Shown here: piece by piece, positions 1-12,000 of the stretch
Numbering within the stretch: the stretch's first letter is position 1
Layout of the letters: every line of letters starts with the position of its first letter
Assembly: GCA_002269645.1 (NCBI GenBank)
Contig: NIVC01003887.1
Location: forward strand, 7,381 to 71,380
Direction of reading: 5' to 3'
DNA length: 64,000 bases
Source of the DNA: Macrostomum lignano
Taxonomy: Eukaryota
Program-made: the position numbers and the translations under genes
The notes under the pieces: model-generated
The model's database searches: none
What the model was told of the DNA's origin: nothing
Seen by the model: the letters and a program-made list of their open reading frames with translations, nothing else

Positions 1-331
1 CTGACGGACAGGAAGCTGCAGCTGGGATTTTTTAGCTCGTTTTTCGGTGCATGGAAATGACAGAATCTGAGCTGTAGAGTAAAAGATAGAGTAGAGCTGA
101 GAGTAGAAATCCAGTGAGGCTAAGTTGGATGTCTTCATTCCTTCATGCCTTCATTCAGATATCCAAGCCGTTGGAGTCCAAGCAAACTCTTTCCCTTTCA
201 CCAACTGTGAAGAGACAGTGCGGGGTTGCTTTCCTTGTTGTCGCTGGTATTGATAGCTGATGCGGCTTGTTAAGTGTGACAGGATTGTTTTCTCCCACCC
301 AGCATTCACAAAACAACTAACCCTGGATCAT

Positions 332-657
332 AGGGGGCCGTAGCCCAGCGGTCTAGCGCAGGCTCTGGTGCGAATTAATTTGGGGCTGAATTTGAATCTC
401 GGCTTGGCTCTGCTCGTGCAATTAACGGCCTTGAGAGCCAACCACCCAAGGCGCAGTGAAGTGTACATGCCTAACGATAAAATAAAGTTAGGGCCGCTGT
501 ACACTCCTGTGTGAGTGTGTGCCTGCGTATGTATCCGCGCGCTTGTATGCCTGCTCAGGGGAGTCGGCGGAATGGGCAGTAATGCCTCTCGCCGGTTGTG
601 TGCCTATGTCGCTTAAAGTGCGCCAGGGTGCACACAACCCCTGCCTCTAATAAAAAA
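332..657 (+). mobile_element. tRNA-derived SINE with 14-bp TSD
   Basis: TAACCCTGGATCAT flanks it on both sides (318-331, 658-671). The head GGGGGCCGTAGCCCAGCGG has an A-box, the B-box is degenerate (ATTTGAATCTC), and the tail is A-rich (AATAAAAAA). Confidence 0.75.
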
Positions 658-2875
658 TAACCCTGGATCATCCATCCCATCATTCACCCAGCGAATTGAC
701 CCCTCATCATTCACCCAGCATCCCGAGCATCAACCCTATAACGCAACCTTTCTGCTAAAAATCCGACTGCTAAATGTGGATTTCCTTTGGAATTAGCAGT
801 GGTTTCAGAAAAGAAGCAACCCAACACACAGGGAGCGTCTCAATAGCTGCTGTTTGCAGGCACTGTTCAGCCCGATTGAGCTGCTTCTTGCCTCAAAATG
901 GGAGCCGATAAAGAATCATCCGAACATATGGGGATGAGCACAGCAGCGCAGCTCGCAGACCTGGGCATGTTTGAATCACCTTTATTCGCTGATTCCCGAC
1001 TCAGATGATTCAACTCATTTTGTCGATTTTTAGTCGTATTTAAGCTTTGTGACTGTATCTCTTGTTTTGTGGATCATTCTTATTCTTATTTTATTTCCGT
1101 TTTTTCCTATAAAAATCGGTGCAATCGTGTAAAGATTCAACTTTACCATGCTATACCTAAATATATGCGCTATATTAGTGTTCCGATCTGCTGTCGTGTC
1201 CAGATGAGCTTCAAGTGAATGAACCAAGTAATCAGTTAACTGTTGCCTCGAGCATAGAAAAATGATATAGCAAGTCATGAAGTTGTTGCGAATTCATGGA
1301 AGCAAGCAATCCATGTCCTGCGAAGTTGAAGGTCCTCAGGCTGTTCTGCCGCGAAATCGGACTGTACACGTTTCAGCTGGGATCTGATGAAGCAGAGAGC
1401 GGCTATCGCGGAGTAAAGCATCTTCTTGATGGCACAAGTGTTTTTCATTGGTTTCCCCAGAAGTACATTGCATTGAAATAATTTACTCATACATTGGAGT
1501 TCATTCATGACTGAGGCGGGGTTGGTGCCTTCATCTTTGCAGGCTGGGTGGGCACCTGCATTGACTGAAAACAAAGTCTTGACAGTTGAATTCGGATGCA
1601 TTGCAGCACAAATGCTTCACTTCATCATGTTGCAGAATTGCAATTCATGCCAAGCATTAGCAATATGTTGGCTTCTCCAAAAACCTCCTAGTGAGTTTTG
1701 CTAAAGTTTTTTTCGGAATCGTATCGAAAGACTCTGCAGCGCCTCGTGCCAGTTTTTTTGCTTTCCAAGAGCAGCGAAAAGTCGCTTAAAAGTTTCTTAA
1801 AAGCAGATAAGCCGGACTCGAGGCAACTTGGCGCTGGAGTTTGCCTGCCTGCGGCTCTGTGTATGCCCAAATGCTTAAAGGTGAAGCATTCCTAAAGTAT
1901 GAATTCTTTGAAAATTTGTGACTGTTTCAAGCTGAATCACGTGCATTTGAGTGTTTATCAGATAAACTTCTTCGGCCCTGCTAACTTGTCTGCAAATTTT
2001 CTATGTATTAGCCATGAGTGCTGATAGTTTCATTGTTTTAAAGAATGTAATGTCAGATCCATGGCTTGCAGAGGCTGGGAGGCTGTCTGTGGAGTAACAG
2101 ATCCATGAGCAGGTGTGTAGAATTATTATTTTAGCTGGAAACCCTACCACATGCTAGCATTTATTTGTTCAAATGCCTTGCTGAGCATGTTAACTGTCGA
2201 AGTCACCTGACCAAGGCAGGCGGAGGTCGAACTGGACACTGGAGTGCAAGCGAGATGTCTCACGAAAACGATGACCAAACAAAAGCTTCATATTCGCAGC
2301 AAGGCCAGACCGAAAAAGGCAAAAGTGCCACAGGTCGCACCTAAAATCAGACCCAGGAGAAAACAAGATAAGTTGAGCCACCGAAGCTGCAACGCAGATC
2401 AGAGCAAGCTCATCCCGATAAGAGAGTCGCGAAGAGCTGGCATGAGAAGAGCAGCCATGCAGCCCAAAAATCAGCTGACAGTGACGTCAAGCTGGGTCGA
2501 AAGCAACACTGGGCAAGACAGCTGCCTGAGCAGCTGTTTAACTGTTGACTATTTTGAGTAGCTGTGCAATCGTTGAAAGCTTTGTGATAAGATAAACATT
2601 GCCTGTCGCTTGCTGACATCACAGTGAGCTGGGCACTTTGACTGCAGCGGAAAGCTCAAGAATCGCGCAATTGGGCTGTTCAGCAATCCTTTGGTAATTT
2701 TGCGCTTCGCAAGTGATCATTGTTTAACTTGTTCCATTTCATACTACTATCAGGACTTATTAAAGCTGAATGTGCTTATTTTTGTTTAAATTTGAAACCG
2801 AAAAAATGAATCTGAGAAATTATTTTCGCTAGTATTTTGTTTTGATGAGAGTGCAAAAAAATTCTTAAGATGGTT

Positions 2876-3472
2876 GAGATTCTGAGATGCTGGGAGATTC
2901 TGAGATGCTGAGAGACTCTGAGATGCTGAGAGATTCTGAGATGCTGAGAGATTCTGAGGTGCTGAGAGATTCTGAGGTGCTGAGAGATTCTGAGGTGCTG
3001 AGAGATTCTGAGGTGCTGAGAGATTCTGAGGTGCTGAGAGATTCTGAGATGCTGAGAGATTCTGAGGTGCTGAGAGATTCTGAGATGCTGAGAGATTCTG
3101 AGGTGCTGAGAGATTCTGAGGTGCTGAGAGATTCTGAGATGCTGAGAGATTCTGAGATGCTGGGAGACTCTGAGATGCTGAGAGATTCTGAGATGCTAAG
3201 AGACTCTGAGATGCTGAGAGATTCTGAGATGCTGAGAGATTCTGAGATGCTGAGAGATTCTGAGGTGCTGAGAGATTCTGAGATGCTGAGAGATTCTGAG
3301 GTGCTGAGAGATTCTGAGATGCTAAGAGACTCTGAGATGCTGAGAGATTCTGAGATGCTGAGAGATTCTGAGATGCTGAGAGATTCTGAGATGCTGAGAG
3401 ATTCTGAGATGCTGAGGATTCTGAGGTGCTGAGAGATTCTGAGATTCTGAGAGATACTGAGCGATTCTGAGA
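2876..3472. repeat. 18-bp minisatellite (GAGATTCTGAGATGCTGA)n, about 32 copies
   Basis: Direct reading; it explains the repetitive ORFs 2786-3535, 2865-3494 and 2887-3432. Confidence 0.97.
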
Positions 3473-3605
3473 TACCGATGAGGAAGTCGCCCACCTACAG
3501 GCCTGTACTGAAAATGTGCATTGGCTGCCTTGCATTGGAGGAGTTGCTGCGCTGCTTTTGATCTTCCAGCCTCAAGCCAGCACTAAATCTGGACAGAGCC
3601 AAAGC

Positions 3606-3816
3606 CAGTGCTCAACAATCCGTGCTTAAGCAGCCATTCACCAGCTGCAGTGCTCAACAATCCGTGCTCAAGCAGCCATTCACCAGCTGCAGTGCTCAAC
3701 AATTCCGTGCTCAGGCAGCCATTCACCAGCTGCAGTGCTCAACAATTCCGTGCTCAGGCAGCCATTCACCAGCTGCAGTGCTCAACAATTCCGTGCTCAG
3801 GCAGCCATTCACCAGC
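3606..3816. repeat. 42/43-bp tandem repeat, about 5 copies
   Basis: Unit CAGTGCTCAACAAT(T)CCGTGCTCAGGCAGCCATTCACCAGCTG. Confidence 0.95.
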
Positions 3817-4165
3817 CATATTTTTATCATAGCTATGTGAGAGCTAAAGTTTATTTTGTTTTTTTGTGAATAAGCTATGTTGAAGGGACTTCCTAAATCT
3901 CCTGGATTGGAAGCAAGTCGTAAAAAAATGGGCTTCTTGAAACCACTGGACTAGAAGCGATCACGGACTACTAAAGTAGAAGGACACGACACTCGCGTTC
4001 TTTGGAAACTTTGCATGGAATGACAAAATTTAAACAACTAAAAATATTAAAATATAGCATATCTATTATCCAAAATCCAATAGCTATACCTATTGCAGTA
4101 AAGTTTACAATGTTATAATTATTTTACCATAATATCTGCCAATAATTTAAATGAGAGCAGGAATT

Positions 4166-4530
4166 AAAACTCAGACGGCCTACCGCAGAAAGCTTTGTGC
4201 GGGCGTTTCCAGCCTGCACAGCCGCCTCGAGTCGCCGTAAGATGCGCACCCGGGTCCCCCGCTCCCCAGAATGCGGGCCGCAAGAGCGACAACCAGCCCC
4301 AGGGCATGGGGGCCAAGGGGCCTAGAGTCTCCACACCGACCATGCGGAAGTCGTGGTGGTCGCCCAGATCGAAGTACTTGGCTGCTTTGCGGTCCTCGGC
4401 CGAGGTGGCAGCGAGGTGCAGGTGACTGGGGGCGCAGGTCTGCATGATAGTCGCGTCCCAAGCCAACAGCAAAGCTGCCACCGTGGTGCTCTCGAAGCGG
4501 CAGAGTCCCGCTCGGAGAGGCCGACAGGTT
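4166..4530 (-). mobile_element. 3' relic of a CRE/ZENON-type non-LTR retrotransposon (restriction-like endonuclease domain), frameshifted
   Basis: Across frames it reads PVGLS..LAWDAT..TCAPSHL..AEDRKAAKY..FRMVGVETLG..RRLEAAVQAGNA, the typical order of C-terminal REL motifs. Confidence 0.7.
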
Positions 4531-5126
4531 TATCTTACAAATAATTTAAGAACCTTAGCAAATTCTGCATACACCTATTTCGGCGTTTCCGAGGCACAAA
4601 GCTTCAGGCCCAGTGCAGGGTTCTTTAAACCAGTCGAACAGAATGCTTTTGTGAAGGCAAACATCGCTAAATACACGTAAACAAAGCGGGCCTTCAAATA
4701 GTTTTGCATTATTTGATCCCGCCTCTTTCACTAGTTGGACTATCAGCTTCACCAGCTAAGCGTAGCCCACCTTCCCCAGACTCGGAGGACTCTTCTGGTG
4801 ATCCGGACCGCCACAGGCCACATCCGGATGGCTCACCCAGCATCGTTGAGCAACCCGCTCCCCTCATCAGCAGTGACTGCTTGAACCTGGTCCTTTGCCT
4901 AAAGCTATTTAGTGGCCTTAAACTCCAGGCAATCACGGAAGTTCATCAATATTGACTGTCAGCCCTATACCAACTCTACTGAGGTCTGTTGCCATGCGGA
5001 TCCTTCTGATTCCGCCCTTAGGCAGCGGTGAAGATTGACTCAATGTACGTCTGAGGAGGAAACCCTCACCTGTAGCTCTTGTTTTTTCTACAACTTGAGC
5101 TGATCGTTCCATATCCACCAAGCCCT

Positions 5127-5480
5127 GCACTCAGACACCAAGCACTCATACACCCAACCCTCAGACACCCAGCCCTCAGACACCCTGCACTCAGACACCC
5201 AGCCCTCAGACAGCCAGTCCTCAGATACCCAGCACTCAGACACCCAGCCCTCAGATACCCAGCACTCAGACACCCAGCCCTCAGACACCCAGCCCTCAGA
5301 CACCCAGCACTCAGACACCCAGCACTCAGACACCCAGCACTCAGACACCTAGAACTCTGTCACCCACCACTCTGACACCCAGCACTCAGAAATCCAGCAC
5401 TCAGATACCCAGTACCCAGACACCAAGCACTCAGACACCCAGCCCTCAGACACTCAGCTCTCAGACACCCAGCACTCAGA
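5127..5480. repeat. 15-bp minisatellite (CACTCAGACACCCAG)n
   Basis: Direct reading; it produces the HPALR and VSECW repeat ORFs. Confidence 0.95.
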
Positions 5481-5489
5481 CTCCGTTTG

Positions 5490-7025
5490 CCATGCTCAGT
5501 GGTGGCTGCAAGAGGAGAAAGCTGGACTTGTCCATCGATCGCCTTTCTGCAGCTTCTGCTGGGCGATGACAGCATGGCATTCACCACCATCAACACACCG
5601 AGGGGCTCTTCCAGTTCAGCCGCATGCCATTCGGAATCAAGCGCACCACAGTGATTTTCCAAAGGACACTGGACTCCCGATCTTGAGACCGTCCAAGTGT
5701 TCGTCGATAACATCCTTGTCATAGTCAAGTCGCTGCAGGAGCACAAGAATAATCTGACAGAAGTTCTGCGGCGCCTGCTGGAGTCCGGAGTCCGCCTGAA
5801 CAAACAGAAGTCCCAATCCTTCATTGATTGCACACAGACCACTAAAGGACCAGGTCGCGGTTGTGTAAGACGCCCCGGCGCCCAATGACGTCAGTCAGCT
5901 GCGCTCCTTCTTCGGCATGCTGACACAGTAAGGCCGGTTTCTGCCTAACCTGTCTACCGTGGTGGCGCCTCTCAACCAGCTGCTGGCCAAGGATGTCCAG
6001 TGGAACCGGGGCCTGCCTCAGCAGAATGCGTTCAGCGAGGCCAAGAAGCTTCTGCTAGAAGCCAGTGCTCTTCCACTACAACCCGGAGCTGACTCTGCGG
6101 CTGGAATGTGATGCCTCACCCTGCGGTGTCGGCAACTAGGACCCGTGTCCTGACGAAGTCGGTGTTCGCTAGCCTCAACTCAGCTCAGCGCGGCTACTCT
6201 CAGCTCGACAAGGAGGCACTAGCAATCATCTTCGGGCTGCACCGGTTTCACCAGTTGCTTTACGGTCGCATGTTTACCATCGTCACTGACCATCCTGCCA
6301 CTGCTCGAGCTGCTCTGCGAGCTCAAGGGCATCCAGACGAACACTGCTGCCCGGCCGGTCAGCTACGACTGCTCACTCGAGTTCCGGCTGTCGTAGAAGC
6401 ATGCCAACTACGATTCGCTGTCACGACTGTCGCTGCCTCAGCAGTTCGAAGAAGAGGCGACCGTCAATTTTCTGCTGCTCGACGAAGACACGGATTCGTC
6501 TATCATCATTCGTCTAGACAGTGGCGCGGCGCACACAGATCAAGGCTGTAGGGCACCTGAGTCGCGGTATCGATAGCTGGTGCTCCGTGAAATTCATCAT
6601 GATATTAATCAGCCATCTGCCTGATGCGCGCTCTGGCCAGAAGCTGGCGTCTGGTGGCCGAACGTCGACAAGGATCTCGAGGCTGCTGTCAAAGCCTGTG
6701 GCACCTGTCAGCTCAACCAACCGGAACCTTTCGAGGCCCCCATGCAGCCAAGGTCGTTACCTACCGAGCCGCGTGAGCGGCTGCATATAGACTTCGCGGT
6801 GATCTCGTGGTAGATGCGCACACCAAGGGGCCAGAGATGCAGGTCATGAGCAGCGCTGCTATAGCTGTACAGATCAGCTGTCTGCAGATCTTCGCTCGTC
6901 TTGGTCTTTCAAGCACTCTGGTGTCGGAAAACCGGCATCCATTCACCTCCAAGTGCTGATTTGGCCGAAGTCGTCAAGGCCAACGGCATTCGGCACATTC
7001 TCTCAGCCCCGTCCCACCCAGCAAG
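5490..7025 (+). pseudogene. Decayed Ty3/Gypsy pol fragment (RT, RNase H, integrase)
   Basis: Fragments KLDLS..FTTINTP..SRMPFGI, VFVDNILV, YSQLDKEALAIIFGLHRFHQ..FTIVTDH, then integrase remnants. Many indels and stops; no LTRs seen. Confidence 0.85.
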
Positions 7026-8810
7026 CAGCTGGATTTGTTTTATTAGCGAATCTCGTCAACAGCGTTTTCAATTTGTCCAATTGCTCTATAATCCCATAAT
7101 TCTATATCGAGTATTCCCAAAGAAATCAAAAAAATATGGTTGAAATATTTTGAAAATCTTTGAGCATAATAATTCTTTTACCTGCCGCTTGACCAATCCC
7201 TAATCAGGCACTTTCAGAACAGAATTCTCCACAGCTTCAATAACCCCATTGATTCTATATGTAGTATCATCCCCAAAGAAATAGCAATGATTCATCATTC
7301 ATTAATGATTATTCATTATACGCATTATTCATTTTCAATTCGCATTCCTCAAACTGCATCTATTTTGCTGCCCAAAACCTGATCTCAACGACTTTCAACC
7401 ATCAGTACAGGGTCCTCACCATCTCAAAAAAATAATTTACAACAAAAATTTTCCCTCTTGTGCACAAATCCAAATACAGGAAAGAAGGGGTGCACTCGGT
7501 TCATGCGGCAGTTCTGGTGTTCTGGAGCTGCCATTGTGTCGTGGTATTTCTTGCACTTTTTCGTTTGCAATAGCTAAATGTACGCTCAATTAGGTTAGAA
7601 TATTCATGCTGCTCATACGTGCAGCCCCCAATTATTGATCACACCACATTCACTCTTATCGCCAAACCCGATATTACGCTCAATCGTGTATTGTACGCTT
7701 TCACTTAATTTATAAATCTATCGACCCAGAGCATCTCGCTCAAAAGGCCTTTTCGTTTTTTATCGTTTCTATAGCGCATCATATAGTTCGTCTTTCATAT
7801 CGAGTTATTCTAGCAACCATCTGGCTCGAAGTAAAGAATAAGGTTCCGAATATAAAATCTTATCTTTCACTTTTCTGAAATTACACATGCAAGCACTTTG
7901 AAAGTTGAAACTCAGTACTGTAAAATAAAACACGGAACTAAATTTGGCGTTTAGGTTGTTTCTTGTGAGCAATGCATTCATGATAACAAAAAAGGAACTG
8001 CTCACCAGTTCTAATAATTGCATTCAGCACATTTTCTCAGAGCCATTCCACACAGCGACCATCGGCCAGGCCACGATCGCATGCAGCAGCGGCAGCAACG
8101 GCAACTGCAGCTGCAGCAGCCAGTACGTCAATTCCAATCTCTCGAGGCCATGCAGAGCCGACGACAGCCAGCAATCGCTGAGCTGAGAGAGTCGTTATTG
8201 CACACCTGACGCTTGAAACTGCACTGTCGATTCTGGGCGCACCGTGCAGGCCCGGCACACGGACCATGCAGCTGCTAGCGGGCCCAGTCCAGATTTGCTA
8301 AAAACTTCCCAGTTCCCCGTTCATTCAGATCCACCGACTGTCTCTGCGGCAACTGACGCATCTGCAGCATTACCGCCACGCCGCCAACACGTGTTACGAA
8401 TTATAATCTACGAGCGTACGGGGCTCCGGACAGTTTTAGGTCGCCGATTCGGAGACTGCAAACGGGCTGGGATCTCCGACCGGAGACCTTAAAGGGTTTA
8501 GGATCGCCTTCGGAGACTACAAAAGGTTATGGGTCTCCGCGGGAGATCCGTATCTATTGTGGGATCTCCGGGGCATGGTCAGTTCTCCCCATCCGGAGAT
8601 CCTAAACCAGATTCTGTTGTCCCCAGGAGATTCTGCACCGTTTGCCAATCTTCGTCACGAGTTCAAAACTAAGCTTTGATCAGGATCTCCGGGTACCGAT
8701 ACCGATCTCCCATTTTATCAAGTCGGAAATCGTAATCTCTAGTATGTGCATGCACCCAGTGTGAGTATTGATTCGTATTTGTACTTTCTTATTATTTCTT
8801 TATCTCTTAT

Positions 8811-9075
8811 TGTCGTGCCGTGAACTTGGCATAAAGAAACTCAAGGTTTATTTTAACTAGCAAGTAGCTTATTAAATAATGACACGAGCAAGGGCCGAGA
8901 GAACACCGAAATAAAGTCACGTGATGATAAATAACTACGTACAAGTACATGGCGGCTTAGGGGATGGCCAGTCAGAGCGAAGGGAGAGGAAAGAATGGTG
9001 TGCACGTACGATGCACGTACATAGCATAAGCTAGTTAGTTAGCCAGTGCCTAGAGCTCAGCGCTCCGGCACCACA
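8811..9075 (-). repeat. 3' LTR
   Basis: Identical to 12873-13137. Confidence 0.97.
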
Positions 9076-9083
9076 TCCCGTCA

Positions 9084-12000
9084 TCACCAACGAGCTGTCA
9101 AGCGGTCAGGAGGAACGCCCTTGTTGCCGCGCTGGCTCCTCCTGAGCCCCGTATCAGCCGTATCGAGCTCACCGGCTTGAGGATGCTCAACAGTCGCTGA
9201 CTCTCCCGAATCGTTGGTCGGCGCCTCCGATACGTTGAGCTCCGGACAGCCTCCTTCGGCCTCCGACCCGGCCGCGGCCAGCAGTGGGCGAAGCTGGTCC
9301 CTGTGCGCCAGGACGGGCCGGTCCGACTCGGTCCGGGTGACGATCGCCGTGTTGTGCCCGGCCTGCACGACGAACTCAGCAAGCTCGGGCTGTGCGCTTT
9401 GACGAGCTTGGTAAACGACCGGGGCGTCCGTCTCGAAGGTCAGCGTCAACGGGCTTCTCAGCTGCCGACCCATCAGCGCTGAGGGGCTGCCTCGGCCGTC
9501 ACTACGTGGAGTCGCTCGGTAGTTCAGCAGGAGCTTGGCCAGGTATGCGTCAAATGGTCCTAGATGAGCTGCAAACGCCTTGAGTCCTCGCTTGACAGTC
9601 TGCACCATCCGCTCGGCGCAGCCATTGGACTGCGGGTGGTACGGCGGCGTGAAGAGCTGATTGCAGCCGATCCGCTTTAGCCAGCCTTGAAGCTCCTGAT
9701 CGTGGAACTCTGGTGCGTTGTCGGACACCAGAGTGTGCGGCACGCCTTGCCTCGCGAAGATGGCCCGTAGAACTCGAATCACCGTCCTCGCGCTCTTGTC
9801 TGCCACGTGCACGGCTTCCGGCCAGCCAGAGAAAGCATCAACCAGCACCAGAATCAGGCCGACTCCCGACACGTGAGCATGGTCCATGTGCACCCGCTTC
9901 CAAGGCGTCTCCTCGGTAGGCCACGTGTGCACCGCGCGATTGGGCAGTGGTCGGATCCTCGTACATGTCGCGCACTGCTTCACAAACCGCTCAACATCAT
10001 CGCAGTGCCCCGGCCACCATGCTTCGCGTTTGAGTCGATTTCGCGTCGCCAGCGCTCCACTGTGGGTCACTCCGTGAGCCGCTTGCAGCATTTTACTACG
10101 GACCGTGGCAGGCGGGACCAGCAGGTCTCCGCAGCATACGATGCCGTCTTCGATCGTCAACTGATGACGGACAGCCTTGAACGGACGCTCTGCAGCCGAG
10201 CAGTTGGACCAGACATTCTTCTGGATCCGGCGCTTGATGCTCTTGAGCACTGGGTCGATGTCTGTTCCCTGGCGGATTTCCTCAAGCCTCAACAGGTCAG
10301 TCTCGGTCCAGTGGATGAAGCCACCATCGCCACTAGAATCGCCGTCATCGTTGCTCTCGAATGGCATCCGGGACATGGCATCCACGTGAGGGATGCTGTT
10401 GCCCTTGACGTAGGCGATGTCGAAGTCGAACGCGGCAAGCTGACTGGCCCACCGCATGATCCGCGCCGAAGTCACCTTGGGAAGCTCCCGACTGGGTCCG
10501 AAGATAAATTCCAGTGGCTGGTGGTCGCACTGAAGCAGGAATTTCTTGCCCAATAGAAAGCGCTTTGCTCGCTGAGTTGCCCAGACGACCGCCAGAGCCT
10601 CCCGCTCGATGTTGGAATAGTTGCGCTCGGCGGGTGAGAGGCGCCTTGACAGGTACAGCACCGGGTGGCCGTCTTGGCTGAGGATTCCCGATACTGCGGA
10701 CTCGCTGGCATCTGTCGTCAGGGTGGTCAGCTTCCTGGGATCGAATATGCGGATAACCGGGTACACCGCCAAGGCTCGCTTGAGGTCTTCGAAAGCTTTT
10801 TGCTGCTCCAGGCCCCACACAAAGCTGGACTTCTGACTCCTCAAAGCAGTCAAGGGCTCAATCTTCTCCGAGTAGGCCTGGATGTAGCGCGCATAATAGT
10901 TGGTGAGCCCCAGAAACGACTCCAGCTCCTTCCTCGTCGTGGGCGGCTTGACCTTCTGGATCTTCTCCACCAGCTTCTTGTCTGGCCGAACTCCATCCGC
11001 TGAGATGCGATACCCCAGGAAGCAGATCTCGGTGCTTCGAAAGACGCACTTCTCATGGTTAATCTCCATGCCAGCCTCTTTGAGGGTGCTGAGCAAGTGC
11101 TTCACTTTGGCATCCAGCTCAACTTCTGTCGGAGCGCCCACGCAAATGTCGTCTTGATAGATCACCATGTTCGACACCGCGTCGCCAATAGTGGCCTCCA
11201 TGGCTGCCTGAAATTGGGCACTGGCTGTCTTGACACCGTAGGGCATTCTCGTCCACCGCAGCAGGCCGATCGGCGTATTGATTGTGAGCACTTCCCTTGC
11301 GTTCTCATCCAGCTCGATCTGGTTGTAGGCATTTGTCAAGTCGACGGTGGCGAAGTGGGTCATCCCGGCCAGGGCGCAGAAGGCGGACTCAATGTTGGGC
11401 AGCGGGTAGGAGTCGGCGCAGATCTTGGGGTTGACTCCTATCTTGTAGTCCGAGCAGACTCGCAGATCATTGTTCGGTTTGCGCACGACCACAATTGGTG
11501 AGGCCCACCGGCTGCCTCCGGGTGGTACCGGCTCCAGAATCCCGCTCTGCACCATCTTCCGCAGCTTCTCGATGACCAGCGGCTTCATGTGGATTGGTAC
11601 CTGACGGGCCTCGAAATAGCTTGGCTGCGCATTATCTTTTAAGACAATCCGAGCCCTGAAGCCCCGCAGCTTGCCTAGCGGGGGTGTCACCTCTGCGTGG
11701 TTGATGGCAACTCCGTCGAGCTTGAAGTCCAAAGCATCGGTGCCCAGCAGTCCATGGTTCTTCTCGCACGCGGCCACAGTAACCTCGATGCAGGCAACTC
11801 TGTCGCTGAGCTCTACTACCGCTAAGAAGCAACCGAGGGTCTTGATGACAGACCCATCGAACTGGCGAAGCTGCCTGGGACACCGCTTGAGCCGAGGTTC
11901 ACCCAAGGCTTTCCAAAAGTTCTTGGGGATGATGCTGGCGTCTGATCCAGAATCGAGCTGCATCGCCAGGAGCTTACCGTCCAGCTTCACATTCTTGATG

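Noticed and set aside
1030-2622. Short ORFs as a host gene or transposase
   Set aside because: No recognisable motifs or consistent exon chain; cannot be supported.
2786-3535. Long repetitive ORFs (SQNLSA, SESLSI, RDSEML)
   Set aside because: They are open in several frames only because the 18-bp unit lacks stops; no splice or homology support.
4933-5075. RT fragment of the CRE relic (KGGIRRI resembles GGIRPI); also a hammerhead-like CTGAGGA..GAAA
   Set aside because: Similarity is limited to a few residues, and the hammerhead-like motif has no stem II.
5079-5375. HPALR / VSECW repeat proteins
   Set aside because: By-product of the 15-bp minisatellite.
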